From the NCBI GenBank assembly GCA_038316905.1, contig JBBQAX010000001.1:1-48886 (forward strand): a stretch of 48,886 nucleotides of DNA, in the 5' to 3' direction. The notes beneath the pieces were generated by a model. It was given only the letters and a program-made list of their open reading frames with translations, was not told where the DNA came from and made no database searches. This DNA is from Verrucomicrobiota bacterium (GTDB lineage: Bacteria; Verrucomicrobiota; Verrucomicrobiia; Limisphaerales; CANJXF01). The translations under genes and the position numbers were made by a program. Position 1 is the first letter of the stretch; each line of letters opens with the position of its first letter. Positions 1 through 7,628 of the stretch are shown piece by piece.

Positions 1-399
1 TTGATGGTTTTTGACGAACCTGAATCGACCAGCGCTTGCACGCGGCGGATGCGTTCCAATACTCCGCTGCAATCGCTCACGTTGTTGAACGACTCTGGGT
101 TTATGGAATTCGCGCAGGGGTTGGCGATGAGAGTTTTGAAAGAAGTTCGAAGCAGCGACGACGAACGAATTGATTACGCGTTTAAGCTGTGTCTTTCGCG
201 CGAGCCACAGTCGGATGAACGGGAACGGTTGAAGCAATTGCTTGATCAACAAATCAAGAGCTACGATTCGGCAGAGGATGAGGCGAGAGCGATTTTGCCA
301 AAAAAACTCCCCGCAAATGTGAACGTGAAACAACTCGCCGCGTGGACGACGGTCTCGCGTGTGTTGCTGAACTTGGATGAAACAATTACCCGCGAATAA
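1..399 (+). CDS. DUF1553 (PSD1-type) domain protein, C-terminal fragment (5' end outside window)
   Basis: Frame is open from base 1 to TAA 397-399. Tail reads '...KQLAAWTTVSRVLLNLDETITRE'. A DUF1501 gene follows after 2 nt, giving the classic DUF1553/DUF1501 pair of Planctomycetota/Verrucomicrobiota. Confidence 0.7.
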   Translation: MMVFDEPESTSACTRRMRSNTPLQSLTLLNDSGFMEFAQGLAMRVLKEVRSSDDERIDYAFKLCLSREPQSDERERLKQLLDQQIKSYDSAEDEARAILPKKLPANVNVKQLAAWTTVSRVLLNLDETITRE

Positions 400-401
400 C
401 C

Positions 402-1874
402 ATGTCTAAACATTTCTTCAATCCTGACCCGGCACTGGACATTCGCGAAGTCACGCGCCGCCAATTTTTTGGCAAGTGCGCGATGGGACTTGGCTCCATT
501 GCGCTGGCTTCCATGTTGAGCGAACAGAAAATGTTTGGCGCGGAAGCAGTTAAATTGGTCAATCCGCTCGACCCGAAGGCGGGCAACTTCCGAGCGAAAG
601 CGAAGAACGTCATTTTCCTGTTCATGGCAGGCGGCCCGAGCCAATTGGAGTTGCTCGATTACAAACCGAAGTTGAACGAGCTGAATGGTGAGCCGATTCC
701 TGATTCGTTTTTAAAAGGCAAACGGTTCGCGTTCATGGATACGTTTTCCAAAAATCCGCCAAAGCTGCTCGGGTCGAAAAGAAAATTTGCGCGCTACGGT
801 CAAAGAGGTGCTTGGGTTTCAGAACTATTTCCGCACACCGCATCCATCGTGGACGACATCACGATGGTTCATTCCTGCGCAACGGATGTGTTCAATCACG
901 CGCCAGCGAAACTTTTTATGAACACCGGCTCGTCGCAATTTGGGCGACCAAGCATGGGTTCGTGGGTGACTTACGGCATTGGCAGCGAATCGAAAGATTT
1001 GCCTGGGTTCGTTGTGTTGCAATCCGGCCCGCGCGGTCCGCGTGGTGGCGCGGTGAATTGGGCGAGCGGATTTTTGCCGACGACGTATCAAGGCGTTCCG
1101 TTGCGCGGGCAAGGCGAACCGATTTTGAATCTCACCAGCCCGCAAGGCGTGAGCGCAAATCGCCAGCGCCAAACCATCGATGCGATTCGCGATCTGAATT
1201 TGAAACGACTCGTGGAAACGGGCGATGAAGAAATTCGCACGCGCATTTCCGCCTACGAAATGGCGTATCGCATGCAGAGCAGCGCGCCGGAATTGATCGA
1301 TCTTTCCAGCGAAACTCAGAAGACCAAAGACCTCTACGGCATCAAGGAAGGCGAACCCTCCTTCGCGAGAAATTGTCTGCTCGCCCGGCGACTGGTTGAA
1401 CGCGGCACGCGGTTCGTTCAGCTTTATCACACAAATTGGGACAGCCACGGTGGTCCCGGCGAAGATTTGGAAAAGTCCTTTGAAAAAATTACGAAGGAAG
1501 TCGATCAAGCCGGTGCGGCGCTCGTGAAAGATTTGAAACAGCGCGGCTTATTGGAGGATACACTGGTGATCTGGGGCGGCGAATTCGGTCGCACGCCGAT
1601 GGGCGAAATCCGCGAACAAACCGGCCGCAACCATCACATTGATTCATTCACGATGTGGTTCGCAGGCGGCGGCGTGAAAGCGGGCGAGGTCATCGGCCAA
1701 ACCGACGAACTCGGTTTCAGCCCCGTGGAAGATCGCTGCCACGTCCACGACATTCACGCGACCATTTTGCACTTGCTCGGACTTGAACACACAAAACTCA
1801 CGTTCCGTTTTCAAGGGCGTGATTTTCGGCTGACGGATGTGCATGGCGAATTGATTACGAAGTTGCTGGCGTGA
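402..1874 (+). CDS. DUF1501 domain protein (sulfatase-like fold), Tat-exported
   Basis: 490-aa ORF with twin-arginine signal 'VTRRQFFGKCAMGLGSIALA'. Family hallmarks: 'NVIFLFMAGGPSQLELLDYKP', 'HTNWDSHG', 'IWGGEFGRTP', 'GRDFRLTDVHGE'. Confidence 0.85.
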   Translation: MSKHFFNPDPALDIREVTRRQFFGKCAMGLGSIALASMLSEQKMFGAEAVKLVNPLDPKAGNFRAKAKNVIFLFMAGGPSQLELLDYKPKLNELNGEPIPDSFLKGKRFAFMDTFSKNPPKLLGSKRKFARYGQRGAWVSELFPHTASIVDDITMVHSCATDVFNHAPAKLFMNTGSSQFGRPSMGSWVTYGIGSESKDLPGFVVLQSGPRGPRGGAVNWASGFLPTTYQGVPLRGQGEPILNLTSPQGVSANRQRQTIDAIRDLNLKRLVETGDEEIRTRISAYEMAYRMQSSAPELIDLSSETQKTKDLYGIKEGEPSFARNCLLARRLVERGTRFVQLYHTNWDSHGGPGEDLEKSFEKITKEVDQAGAALVKDLKQRGLLEDTLVIWGGEFGRTPMGEIREQTGRNHHIDSFTMWFAGGGVKAGEVIGQTDELGFSPVEDRCHVHDIHATILHLLGLEHTKLTFRFQGRDFRLTDVHGELITKLLA

Positions 1875-1896
1875 ATAATCACGAGTCGAGAACCGT

Positions 1897-2217
1897 ATGC
1901 CAAAGTTTGCAATCATGATACACGGGGTGAACTTCCTGATTCGAGATGCTGGCGCGATCGAACCGACGCTGATGGGATTCTATGTCAACGCGTATCTCGA
2001 AGTAGCCACAGCCCATGAAGCTGAGGCCCAAGCGATAGAATTGGTGCGCACCTCACCAAACCTTCGATCCACGGTTGTCAATCCCGCGCATAGCCCACCC
2101 CAGATGTTCGTGGAGGAAATTGCGGAGCTTACGGGCTGGCCCGACGACTACGCTATCCCTCTGAGCGGTTTTGTGTTCTATGACGATCCTGATGCTAGTT
2201 GGCGTAAAGAACCATAG
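1897..2217 (+). CDS. hypothetical protein (106 aa), no family recognised
   Basis: ATG-initiated ORF 22 nt downstream of the DUF1501 gene on the same strand. Composition is non-repetitive and I can name no motif. Confidence 0.4.
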   Translation: MPKFAIMIHGVNFLIRDAGAIEPTLMGFYVNAYLEVATAHEAEAQAIELVRTSPNLRSTVVNPAHSPPQMFVEEIAELTGWPDDYAIPLSGFVFYDDPDASWRKEP

Positions 2218-2254
2218 GACGTCTAACTTCCAGGAGTCCGGCTATTTGGCCAAT

Positions 2255-2398
2255 CTACTGCAACCACGTCAGCGCCGGTCGTTGCAACGTTTCGATAAAA
2301 AACTTTTTCATCCACGAATTTCGCGCGGCCTTCTTTCGTCTCCGTCGATGAAAGCGATGAAATCCAATTGCGCGTTGGTCGTTCCGCGTTCTTTTTGA
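2255..2398 (-). pseudogene. frameshifted duplicate (copy A) of the 3' end of the 3216-6275 gene
   Basis: Ends '...FFIETLQRPALTWLQ*' (TAG), like the real terminus. Nucleotide similarity continues upstream (gatgaaatccaattgcgcgttgg). Indels break the frame: one extra A in the run 2297-2302, and 2 nt missing around 2331-2337. Confidence 0.7.
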
Positions 2399-2427
2399 AT
2401 CGTCTCGCGCTGAAAGCGCAAAAACAG

Positions 2428-2589
2428 GCCAGCCCAGGGCAACGCCCTGAGTCAATTCAATCAAAAACCAAGGCCCTGAAAGGGCGGAGAATCGTCATCT
2501 TTTGTTGCGCCCTTTCAGGGCTTGAGTCATTTGGAAATCACCAACCCAGGGCGTTGCCCTGGGCTGGCTTGTCGCCCGCCTTTCAGGGC
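2428..2589. repeat. nested palindromic (REP/MITE-like) element
   Basis: Perfect 22-nt inverted repeat gccagcccagggcaacgccctg (2428-2449) / cagggcgttgccctgggctggc (2547-2568). It encloses a perfect 14-nt inverted repeat gccctgaaagggcg (2473-2486) / cgccctttcagggc (2508-2521). An extra half-site gcctttcagggc lies at 2578-2589. Confidence 0.8.
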
Positions 2590-2594
2590 ATGGA

Positions 2595-2801
2595 TTATTG
2601 AAGCCACGTCAGCGCCGGCCGTTGCAACGTCTCGATAAAAACTTTTTCATCCCCAAATTTCGCGCGGCCTTTCTTTTCATCTCCGTCGAGGAAAGCGATG
2701 AAATCCAATTGCGCGTTGGTGGTTCCGCGTTCATTGGAAAATTTGCGGACAATTTCCAGCGCGGGAATTGTTTTCATTGTGAGAATTTCACGACGGAGCA
2801 T
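2595..2801 (-). pseudogene. orphan duplicate (copy B) of the last ~60 codons of the 3216-6275 gene; frame intact with its own ATG
   Basis: 68-aa ORF 'MLRREILTMKTIPALEIVRKFSNERGTTNAQLDFIAFLDGDEKKGRAKFGDEKVFIETLQRPALTWLQ*'. The real terminus is '...TKTMPALEIVRKFSNELGTTNAQLDFIAFLDGDEKKGRAKFGDEKVFIETLRRPALTWLQ*'. 103 nt (2624-2726) are identical to 3245-3347. Confidence 0.6.
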
Positions 2802-2802
2802 T

Positions 2803-2873
2803 GGAGCGCGGATTGTCTCAATCCGCAGCGGCCCGCCCCGGTTGCGCTGCGAGTTGAGGACAACTCGCGCTCC
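2803..2873. repeat. compound stem-loop element (two hairpins plus an outer 8-bp pairing)
   Basis: Pairings: gcggatt(2808-2814)/aatccgc(2820-2826); gcgagttg(2849-2856)/caactcgc(2861-2868); outer ggagcgcg(2803-2810)/cgcgctcc(2866-2873). These alternatives partly overlap. Confidence 0.55.
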
Positions 2874-2936
2874 GACTCTGATTGACCACCAATTCCATTG
2901 CAGAAGACATAAACAAAACGTAACTTTTAGAAGTCT

Positions 2937-3164
2937 ATGAAATCGAAAAACGTCGAAGACATTCTAAACATCCGCCCGTTTAAACCATTCATCGTCGAAA
3001 CAGATAGCGGAAAGAAAATCGCCGTTAAACACCTGGACTTTTTCATCCTCACCCCGCCAAGAAAAGACGCCGCAATTATCTTCAACGAAGATGGACACTT
3101 TACCATCGTCGATCTCGATAATATCTCATCCATCTCCTTCGGGGAAAAAACCGCTAAACGGTAA
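2937..3164 (+). CDS. hypothetical small protein (75 aa), no family recognised
   Basis: ATG ORF 'MKSKNVEDILNIRPFKPFIVETDSGKKIAVKHLDFFILTPPRKD...'. It is visibly AT-richer than its neighbours. It sits between copy B and the genuine 3' end of the large gene. Confidence 0.4.
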   Translation: MKSKNVEDILNIRPFKPFIVETDSGKKIAVKHLDFFILTPPRKDAAIIFNEDGHFTIVDLDNISSISFGEKTAKR

Positions 3165-3180
3165 CGACCAATTAAATCTA

Positions 3181-3215
3181 AAAAGCGTTTCCTGAGAGAT
3201 CGGGAAACTTTTTTA
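3181..3215. terminator. weak bidirectional terminator-like hairpin between convergent genes
   Basis: Stem gtttcc(3187-3192)/ggaaac(3203-3208) with a 10-nt loop. Flanked by an A-run (3181-3184) and TTTTTT (3209-3214). The stem is only 6 bp. Confidence 0.35.
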
Positions 3216-6200
3216 TCACTGCAACCACGTCAGGGCAGGGCGACGCAACGTCTCGATAAAAACTTTTTCATCCCCAAATTTCGCGCGGCCTTTCTTTTCA
3301 TCTCCGTCGAGGAAAGCGATGAAATCCAATTGCGCGTTGGTGGTTCCAAGTTCGTTGGAAAATTTTCGGACGATTTCCAGCGCGGGCATCGTTTTCGTTC
3401 CAAGGATGTCCACAAGCGGGAATTGGATGTCACCGTCGTAGGCGCGATAAACCAATTCGGTGCAGACCAGTTTATCTGTCGTGAAAAAATCAAATTCAAA
3501 ATCGTAGGGTTTGCCGACGTGGCTGAAGGCGCGCGCGATGCATTCGCGGGTTTTCGTTTCATCGAGTCGCGGGCGCACAACCGCCGCCGAATCGCCGCCG
3601 CCGATGGAATGTTCGAGTGAAGAAAAAATCACGCCTTCGCTGACCGATTCGATGATGACGTGTTCGTGGCCTGCTTCGTCGCGTTGCAAAAATTCCTCCC
3701 AATGCTTTTTCAAACGCGGATCGTCGAGCAGGCCGAGTCGTTCCAAATCTTTCGCCGTGCCGACGTAAAGCGCGGAGTGCGGCCAATAACCCGGCAGGAA
3801 CGCGTTCGACAAAAACCAATTCCGCCGCTCGATGATGATGTCGCCGGGTTTCAGTTTGCCGCGAAGTTCTGAAACTTGTTCCGGTTGGATCAACGATTTT
3901 CCCTGACGCGGCGCGCGGATTTTAGCGTCACCAATCAGACACGAAATAAACGATTTGATTCTGTAAACCGGCTTTTTTCCTTGCGCCGCGGTATCGACGA
4001 GGGTTGCCTTCAAAGTTTCCTGCGCGAGAAATGGGCGAAAGCGCTCGGCGGATTCCGTCGCGCTTTTGATCGCGGCGTGAAAAGCGGCGTAAGGTGCTTT
4101 TCCTCTCTCTCCCCACGAGGCACGAGTGGGGAGAGAGTTGGAGAGAGGGGACTCCTCTCCCCGTCCCTCTCCTCCTTTGGGGGAGGAGAGGGAGAAGAAG
4201 CGGGCTTCCGCGTTCGCAGCAAATTCTTCGCTACCCATTTTGGGATTTGGATTCGGACCCAAACCATTCTGCTGAAACGCGGGTTGAAATTTTTGGTGTT
4301 TTTCCAGCGCGTCGGAAAGCACTTTGCGATTTTCCGGCTGAATCAAGTTGCGATGAATCGTGTCGAAGAGGTTCGGCGGAATTCCCCAGAGCGGTTCGGC
4401 TTCGTTCAATTTGCGAATTGCGTCGGAGTGCTGATGTTGCGAAACAAATTTCAGCGACGCTTCGTAAAGCGCGGCTCCGGCAGTCAGGCCGTTGAGAAAT
4501 GTTCTCAGGCGCAATTTTTCGTCGGCTACGGTTTCGTAGGTTTGATATTTCCAGACGAGTCGCAGCAGGGCGGTGCGATAATTCAGGTAACTCAACAGAA
4601 GTTTGCGAATCGCGTCGTTGTCCGCTTGAGAATAATAAGTGCGTTTTTCAGAGACGAACTCGCGACGCATTTCCGCCGCGCGAATTTCCAGATCGCGCAG
4701 GCCGCTCAAAATATCGAGCAGCGCTTTTTCATCAGAGTCGAGTTGGGCGGACAAACTTTGCGTGGAAACGTGGCTCCAATCGGGGCCGGGAAATTGCAAT
4801 TCTGCGAGGCGTTTGTCTTTGAAATGGTTGCTGCTCCAGAAAAGCGCGCCAATCGCCAGCGCTGAAATGACCGCCCAACGCAGCGCGATTTTGCGAACTC
4901 TTTGTCGCGTGATTTGTTTCTCCATAATGACAGGTTCTGGCGGAGAAATTTTGTCGTAAGCGCGGTCCAATTCTGAAAGCTGCTCGCGCAGGGCGCTTCG
5001 TTCGGCCCGAAGTTCGGCGATTTTCGACGGTTGCAGGAAGAGGAGGAAATGTTCTTTCCAGGTGCGGAAATTTTGTTTGGCGCGCCAGAAATAATTTAGC
5101 GCGAGAATGCCCGCGAACGGCATGGCGATGGCCCACGTCCACGCAACCCACGGCAGAAAATAGCCCACCATCCAGCGCCAGATTAAAAAATACCACGCGC
5201 CGTAAATCGGAATGCCGATTCCGAGTCGCGCCAGAGAAACCGTCATCTTCCCCGGTTGACGCAAGAGAGAAGTGATTCCACGCACGAGAAAAAACGGGAC
5301 GATATTATGAATTGCGCCGAGGAATGCGGGAATGGAAACGAGGATTAGCCAGATCGTATTCCACGCCATGCGCGTGGGGCGACGCCAACCGCGTTTCCAG
5401 AGCAGCGGCGAATTCATTTTGATTCCGGTCGCGTGGAGTCTCTCGCGAAAACGTTTTATCCCAACGGCGAGGCGCGCGGCGCGGCGAGGATCGTGTTCGG
5501 CAAAATGATTGATGCCATCGGCGAGGCGTTTGCGTTGACGAATCGCGGCGATGGGTTCTTTTTTGTTTTCCGGTGGAACGAGAATTTCGAGATCGCGCAG
5601 AAACGGTTCCCAACTTTCTTCGCGTAAATGGACGACGACTTCTTTTAAGCGCCTGTCGATTTCGGCGGTCAATGCTCGAAGGATTTGATGCTCATCACCG
5701 GTTTGAGTCGCGAGCCATTCGTGGACAGGAATCGGTTCGCCGACGCGCACCCAGATGGAACTGCGAAAGCGTTCTTTGCGTTCGTAATTGATTCCTACGG
5801 GGATGATTTTTAAATCGCGCGCGCCGTTTTTTGCGGCGGCGAGGGCGATGCGCGCCGCGCCAGATTTTACGCGATCTACTTTGGTCGCATCATGCGATTT
5901 GCCTTCGGGAAAAATTCCAACGACTTCGTTGCTTTGCAAAAACTCGGCGGCGGCGGTGAGTGATTTTAAATTATTTTTGACCTGTTTGGAATCGTCGCTG
6001 CCCCGATAGGCCGGAACCATTCCGAGCGCGCGCAAAGCCGTGCCGAAAACGGGAATCTCAAAGAGCGGCGCCTTCGCCAAAAAATGAACGGGGCGCGAAG
6101 CGGCGATGCCGAGAATGACCGGATCGATCAACGAGTTGGCGTGATTGGCCACGAGGAGAACGGCGCCGGAGCCTGGAATCCGCTCGCGCTGGCTGATTTC

Positions 6201-6275
6201 AATTTTGGAATAATAAACTCGAACAAGGCTGCGAATGGCGGCGCGAATGAAACTGAAATTTTCTGATGCGCTCAT
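3216..6275 (-). CDS. multidomain membrane protein: N-terminal PlsC/LPLAT-type acyltransferase, TM/coiled-coil region, C-terminal YaeF/YiiX-type permuted papain-fold (NlpC/P60 superfamily) domain
   Basis: 1019-aa ORF. N-terminus carries 'LLVANHANSLIDP' and 'GIFPEGKSHD' (acyltransferase blocks). Hydrophobic helices lie at about aa 305-400 and 465-485. 'ELRAERSALREQLSELDRAY' is a coiled coil. C-terminus reads 'LKPGDIIIERRNWFLSNAFLPGYWPHSALYVG...HVIIESVSEGV...GKPYDFEFDFFTTDKLVCTELVYRAY'; His precedes Cys, which is the permuted order. Confidence 0.8.
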   Translation of the reverse strand: MSASENFSFIRAAIRSLVRVYYSKIEISQRERIPGSGAVLLVANHANSLIDPVILGIAASRPVHFLAKAPLFEIPVFGTALRALGMVPAYRGSDDSKQVKNNLKSLTAAAEFLQSNEVVGIFPEGKSHDATKVDRVKSGAARIALAAAKNGARDLKIIPVGINYERKERFRSSIWVRVGEPIPVHEWLATQTGDEHQILRALTAEIDRRLKEVVVHLREESWEPFLRDLEILVPPENKKEPIAAIRQRKRLADGINHFAEHDPRRAARLAVGIKRFRERLHATGIKMNSPLLWKRGWRRPTRMAWNTIWLILVSIPAFLGAIHNIVPFFLVRGITSLLRQPGKMTVSLARLGIGIPIYGAWYFLIWRWMVGYFLPWVAWTWAIAMPFAGILALNYFWRAKQNFRTWKEHFLLFLQPSKIAELRAERSALREQLSELDRAYDKISPPEPVIMEKQITRQRVRKIALRWAVISALAIGALFWSSNHFKDKRLAELQFPGPDWSHVSTQSLSAQLDSDEKALLDILSGLRDLEIRAAEMRREFVSEKRTYYSQADNDAIRKLLLSYLNYRTALLRLVWKYQTYETVADEKLRLRTFLNGLTAGAALYEASLKFVSQHQHSDAIRKLNEAEPLWGIPPNLFDTIHRNLIQPENRKVLSDALEKHQKFQPAFQQNGLGPNPNPKMGSEEFAANAEARFFSLSSPKGGEGRGEESPLSNSLPTRASWGERGKAPYAAFHAAIKSATESAERFRPFLAQETLKATLVDTAAQGKKPVYRIKSFISCLIGDAKIRAPRQGKSLIQPEQVSELRGKLKPGDIIIERRNWFLSNAFLPGYWPHSALYVGTAKDLERLGLLDDPRLKKHWEEFLQRDEAGHEHVIIESVSEGVIFSSLEHSIGGGDSAAVVRPRLDETKTRECIARAFSHVGKPYDFEFDFFTTDKLVCTELVYRAYDGDIQFPLVDILGTKTMPALEIVRKFSNELGTTNAQLDFIAFLDGDEKKGRAKFGDEKVFIETLRRPALTWLQ
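4105..4193. repeat. three back-to-back perfect hairpins of polypyrimidine/polypurine runs, embedded in-frame in the 3216-6275 CDS
   Basis: Pairings: ctctctccccac(4105-4116)/gtggggagagag(4126-4137); gagagg(4143-4148)/cctctc(4154-4159); tccctctcctcc(4164-4175)/ggaggagaggga(4182-4193). Translated within the host ORF as '...SLSSPKGGEGRGEESPLSNSLPTRASWGERGK...'. Confidence 0.75.
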
Positions 6276-6294
6276 TGGCCAAATTAAATGAGCT

Positions 6295-6446
6295 GAACCA
6301 CAGATGGACTCTGATGAACGCAGATGGGAAGTTGAGAATCAAAGATTTCCTGCCCGTGACATAATCCGCGCAGAAAGTATCCCTTGCACCGGTCACGCTG
6401 TTCCGGATTCTTTTTATCTGCGTTTATCTGTGTCCATCTGCGGTTC
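6295..6446. repeat. ~150-bp imperfect palindromic element with 10-nt-phased hexamers in each arm
   Basis: Left arm gaaccacagatggactctgatgaacgcagatg (6295-6326). Reverse complement of the right arm (6415-6446) is gaaccgcagatggacacagataaacgcagata. 27 of 32 positions match by hand alignment. cagatg/ctgatg/cagatg begin at 6301, 6311 and 6321. Confidence 0.75.
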
Positions 6447-6448
6447 AT

Positions 6449-7549
6449 TTATTTGCTAAGTTCGTGGAGTAAATGATGGACGAACGCAACGTTATCGCAT
6501 TGGAGATATTGCATTGCCCCGCCCATGCGCGAATAGCTTTTGCAGAAGCGCAAATAGTAAGCGGGATGGTTTTTCGGCGGTTCACCTTTGGTCCAATCCC
6601 AGTTCCCACCGTCCTGCAAATCAACGACGTAGATCGTGTGATCGTGAACGATTTTGCGCTCCGTTTGAATGCGCAGATTGTTCACGCAACTGATGCTTTT
6701 TTCGAAGACCTGAGGCCCCATAATTGCGGAGCCAACGGAAAGGACCACGCCGCCATCGAGTTTTTCCACGGCGCTTCCGAACTGCGCGAAATCGATGGTC
6801 GCGGCGCGACCGATCACCGCGCCGTTGAACATCGGATGATTCGAAATGATGTCGTAACCGATGCCGGGGTGGACGGTCAGCGGGATTTTATTTTTGTAAG
6901 CCTGCGCAACGACGGAAGAATCTTTCCACGGATGTTTAACTTCATGGCGGCCAGCAGCGAGTTGATGGACGCGCATGGTTTGGAGCAAGTCGGCGCGCGC
7001 AGGAGAGAGCGGATTTGATGGCTCACATTTCAAAGACGCTTCCAGTGATTCAATCGATGGAAGAGTGACGCCATCTTCGACAATAAATTTGCCAAGGCTT
7101 TCGCCGTATCCACGTTGTTCAAGCGCGCCAGCAAGCAAAGCCAGATGAATATTGCGACCCGTTTCATCCCATGTTCCAAACGTTCCGGTCGCGACATTTG
7201 CTTCCACGCTTTCCTCGGTGCGACCCAGAAAGGCGAGTTCCCAATCGTGAATCGTTCCCGCTCCGTTGGTCGCAAGATGCGTAATCCACCCCTGCCGCAT
7301 CAATTCGATTAGGATTTTTTGCCCGCCATTTTTGAGGAGATGCGCGCCGTAAATCAACATGACGCTGGCGTCGCGTTTGCGAGCGTCGGAAATGTTTTTT
7401 GCACACTGCTGAATTCTTTCCAGATTTATCGTGTTGCACGGAGCTGGAACGGAATTGGGATCAACAAAAAGAGTTTCAACGCGCGTTTTACTGGCACGTT
7501 GTTCGAGCGGAAAAACTTCTAGCTTCGTCAAATCCAGCGGCTTATTCAT
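6449..7549 (-). CDS. deoxyhypusine synthase-like (DHS-like NAD-binding fold) family protein
   Basis: Pattern matches to DHS blocks: 'VMLIYGAHLLKNGGQKILIELMRQGWITHLATNGAGTIHDW', 'AYKNKIPLTVHPGIGYDI', 'GGVVLSVGSAIMGPQV'. I placed the start at ATG 7549 (MNKPLDL...), because the longer ORF to 7681 would overlap the divergent mscS start. Confidence 0.5.
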   Translation of the reverse strand: MNKPLDLTKLEVFPLEQRASKTRVETLFVDPNSVPAPCNTINLERIQQCAKNISDARKRDASVMLIYGAHLLKNGGQKILIELMRQGWITHLATNGAGTIHDWELAFLGRTEESVEANVATGTFGTWDETGRNIHLALLAGALEQRGYGESLGKFIVEDGVTLPSIESLEASLKCEPSNPLSPARADLLQTMRVHQLAAGRHEVKHPWKDSSVVAQAYKNKIPLTVHPGIGYDIISNHPMFNGAVIGRAATIDFAQFGSAVEKLDGGVVLSVGSAIMGPQVFEKSISCVNNLRIQTERKIVHDHTIYVVDLQDGGNWDWTKGEPPKNHPAYYLRFCKSYSRMGGAMQYLQCDNVAFVHHLLHELSK

Positions 7550-7628
7550 GGTTGTGAAGAGGCGAAGGAAACATTTGCTCGCAAGTAAAAATGCTTTCTC
7601 ATAAAAAGTCCATCGTTTCGCAACCAAT

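Noticed and set aside
2368-2885. Plus-strand ORFs 2368-2601 (77 aa) and 2598-2885 (95 aa), and other short ORFs across the accessory patch.
   Set aside because: They are translations of the palindromic repeats or the reverse strand of the duplicated gene end (for example 'SPGQRPE...PRALPWAGL'). There is no independent coding evidence.
3876-4865. 329-aa plus-strand ORF, and similar long ORFs at 825-1508(-), 15078-15926(+), 21894-22553(-), 27641-28384(-), 33757-34461(-), 40826-41692(-), 41693-42385(-) and 41851-42687(-).
   Set aside because: Each lies entirely antisense or out of frame inside a gene with unambiguous family motifs (DUF1501, TBDR, SDR, ftsI, murD, ftsA, ftsZ, the acyltransferase). 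Their translations are Arg/Gly/Ala/Phe-rich with no motif. These are typical shadow ORFs of codon-biased, moderately GC-rich genes.
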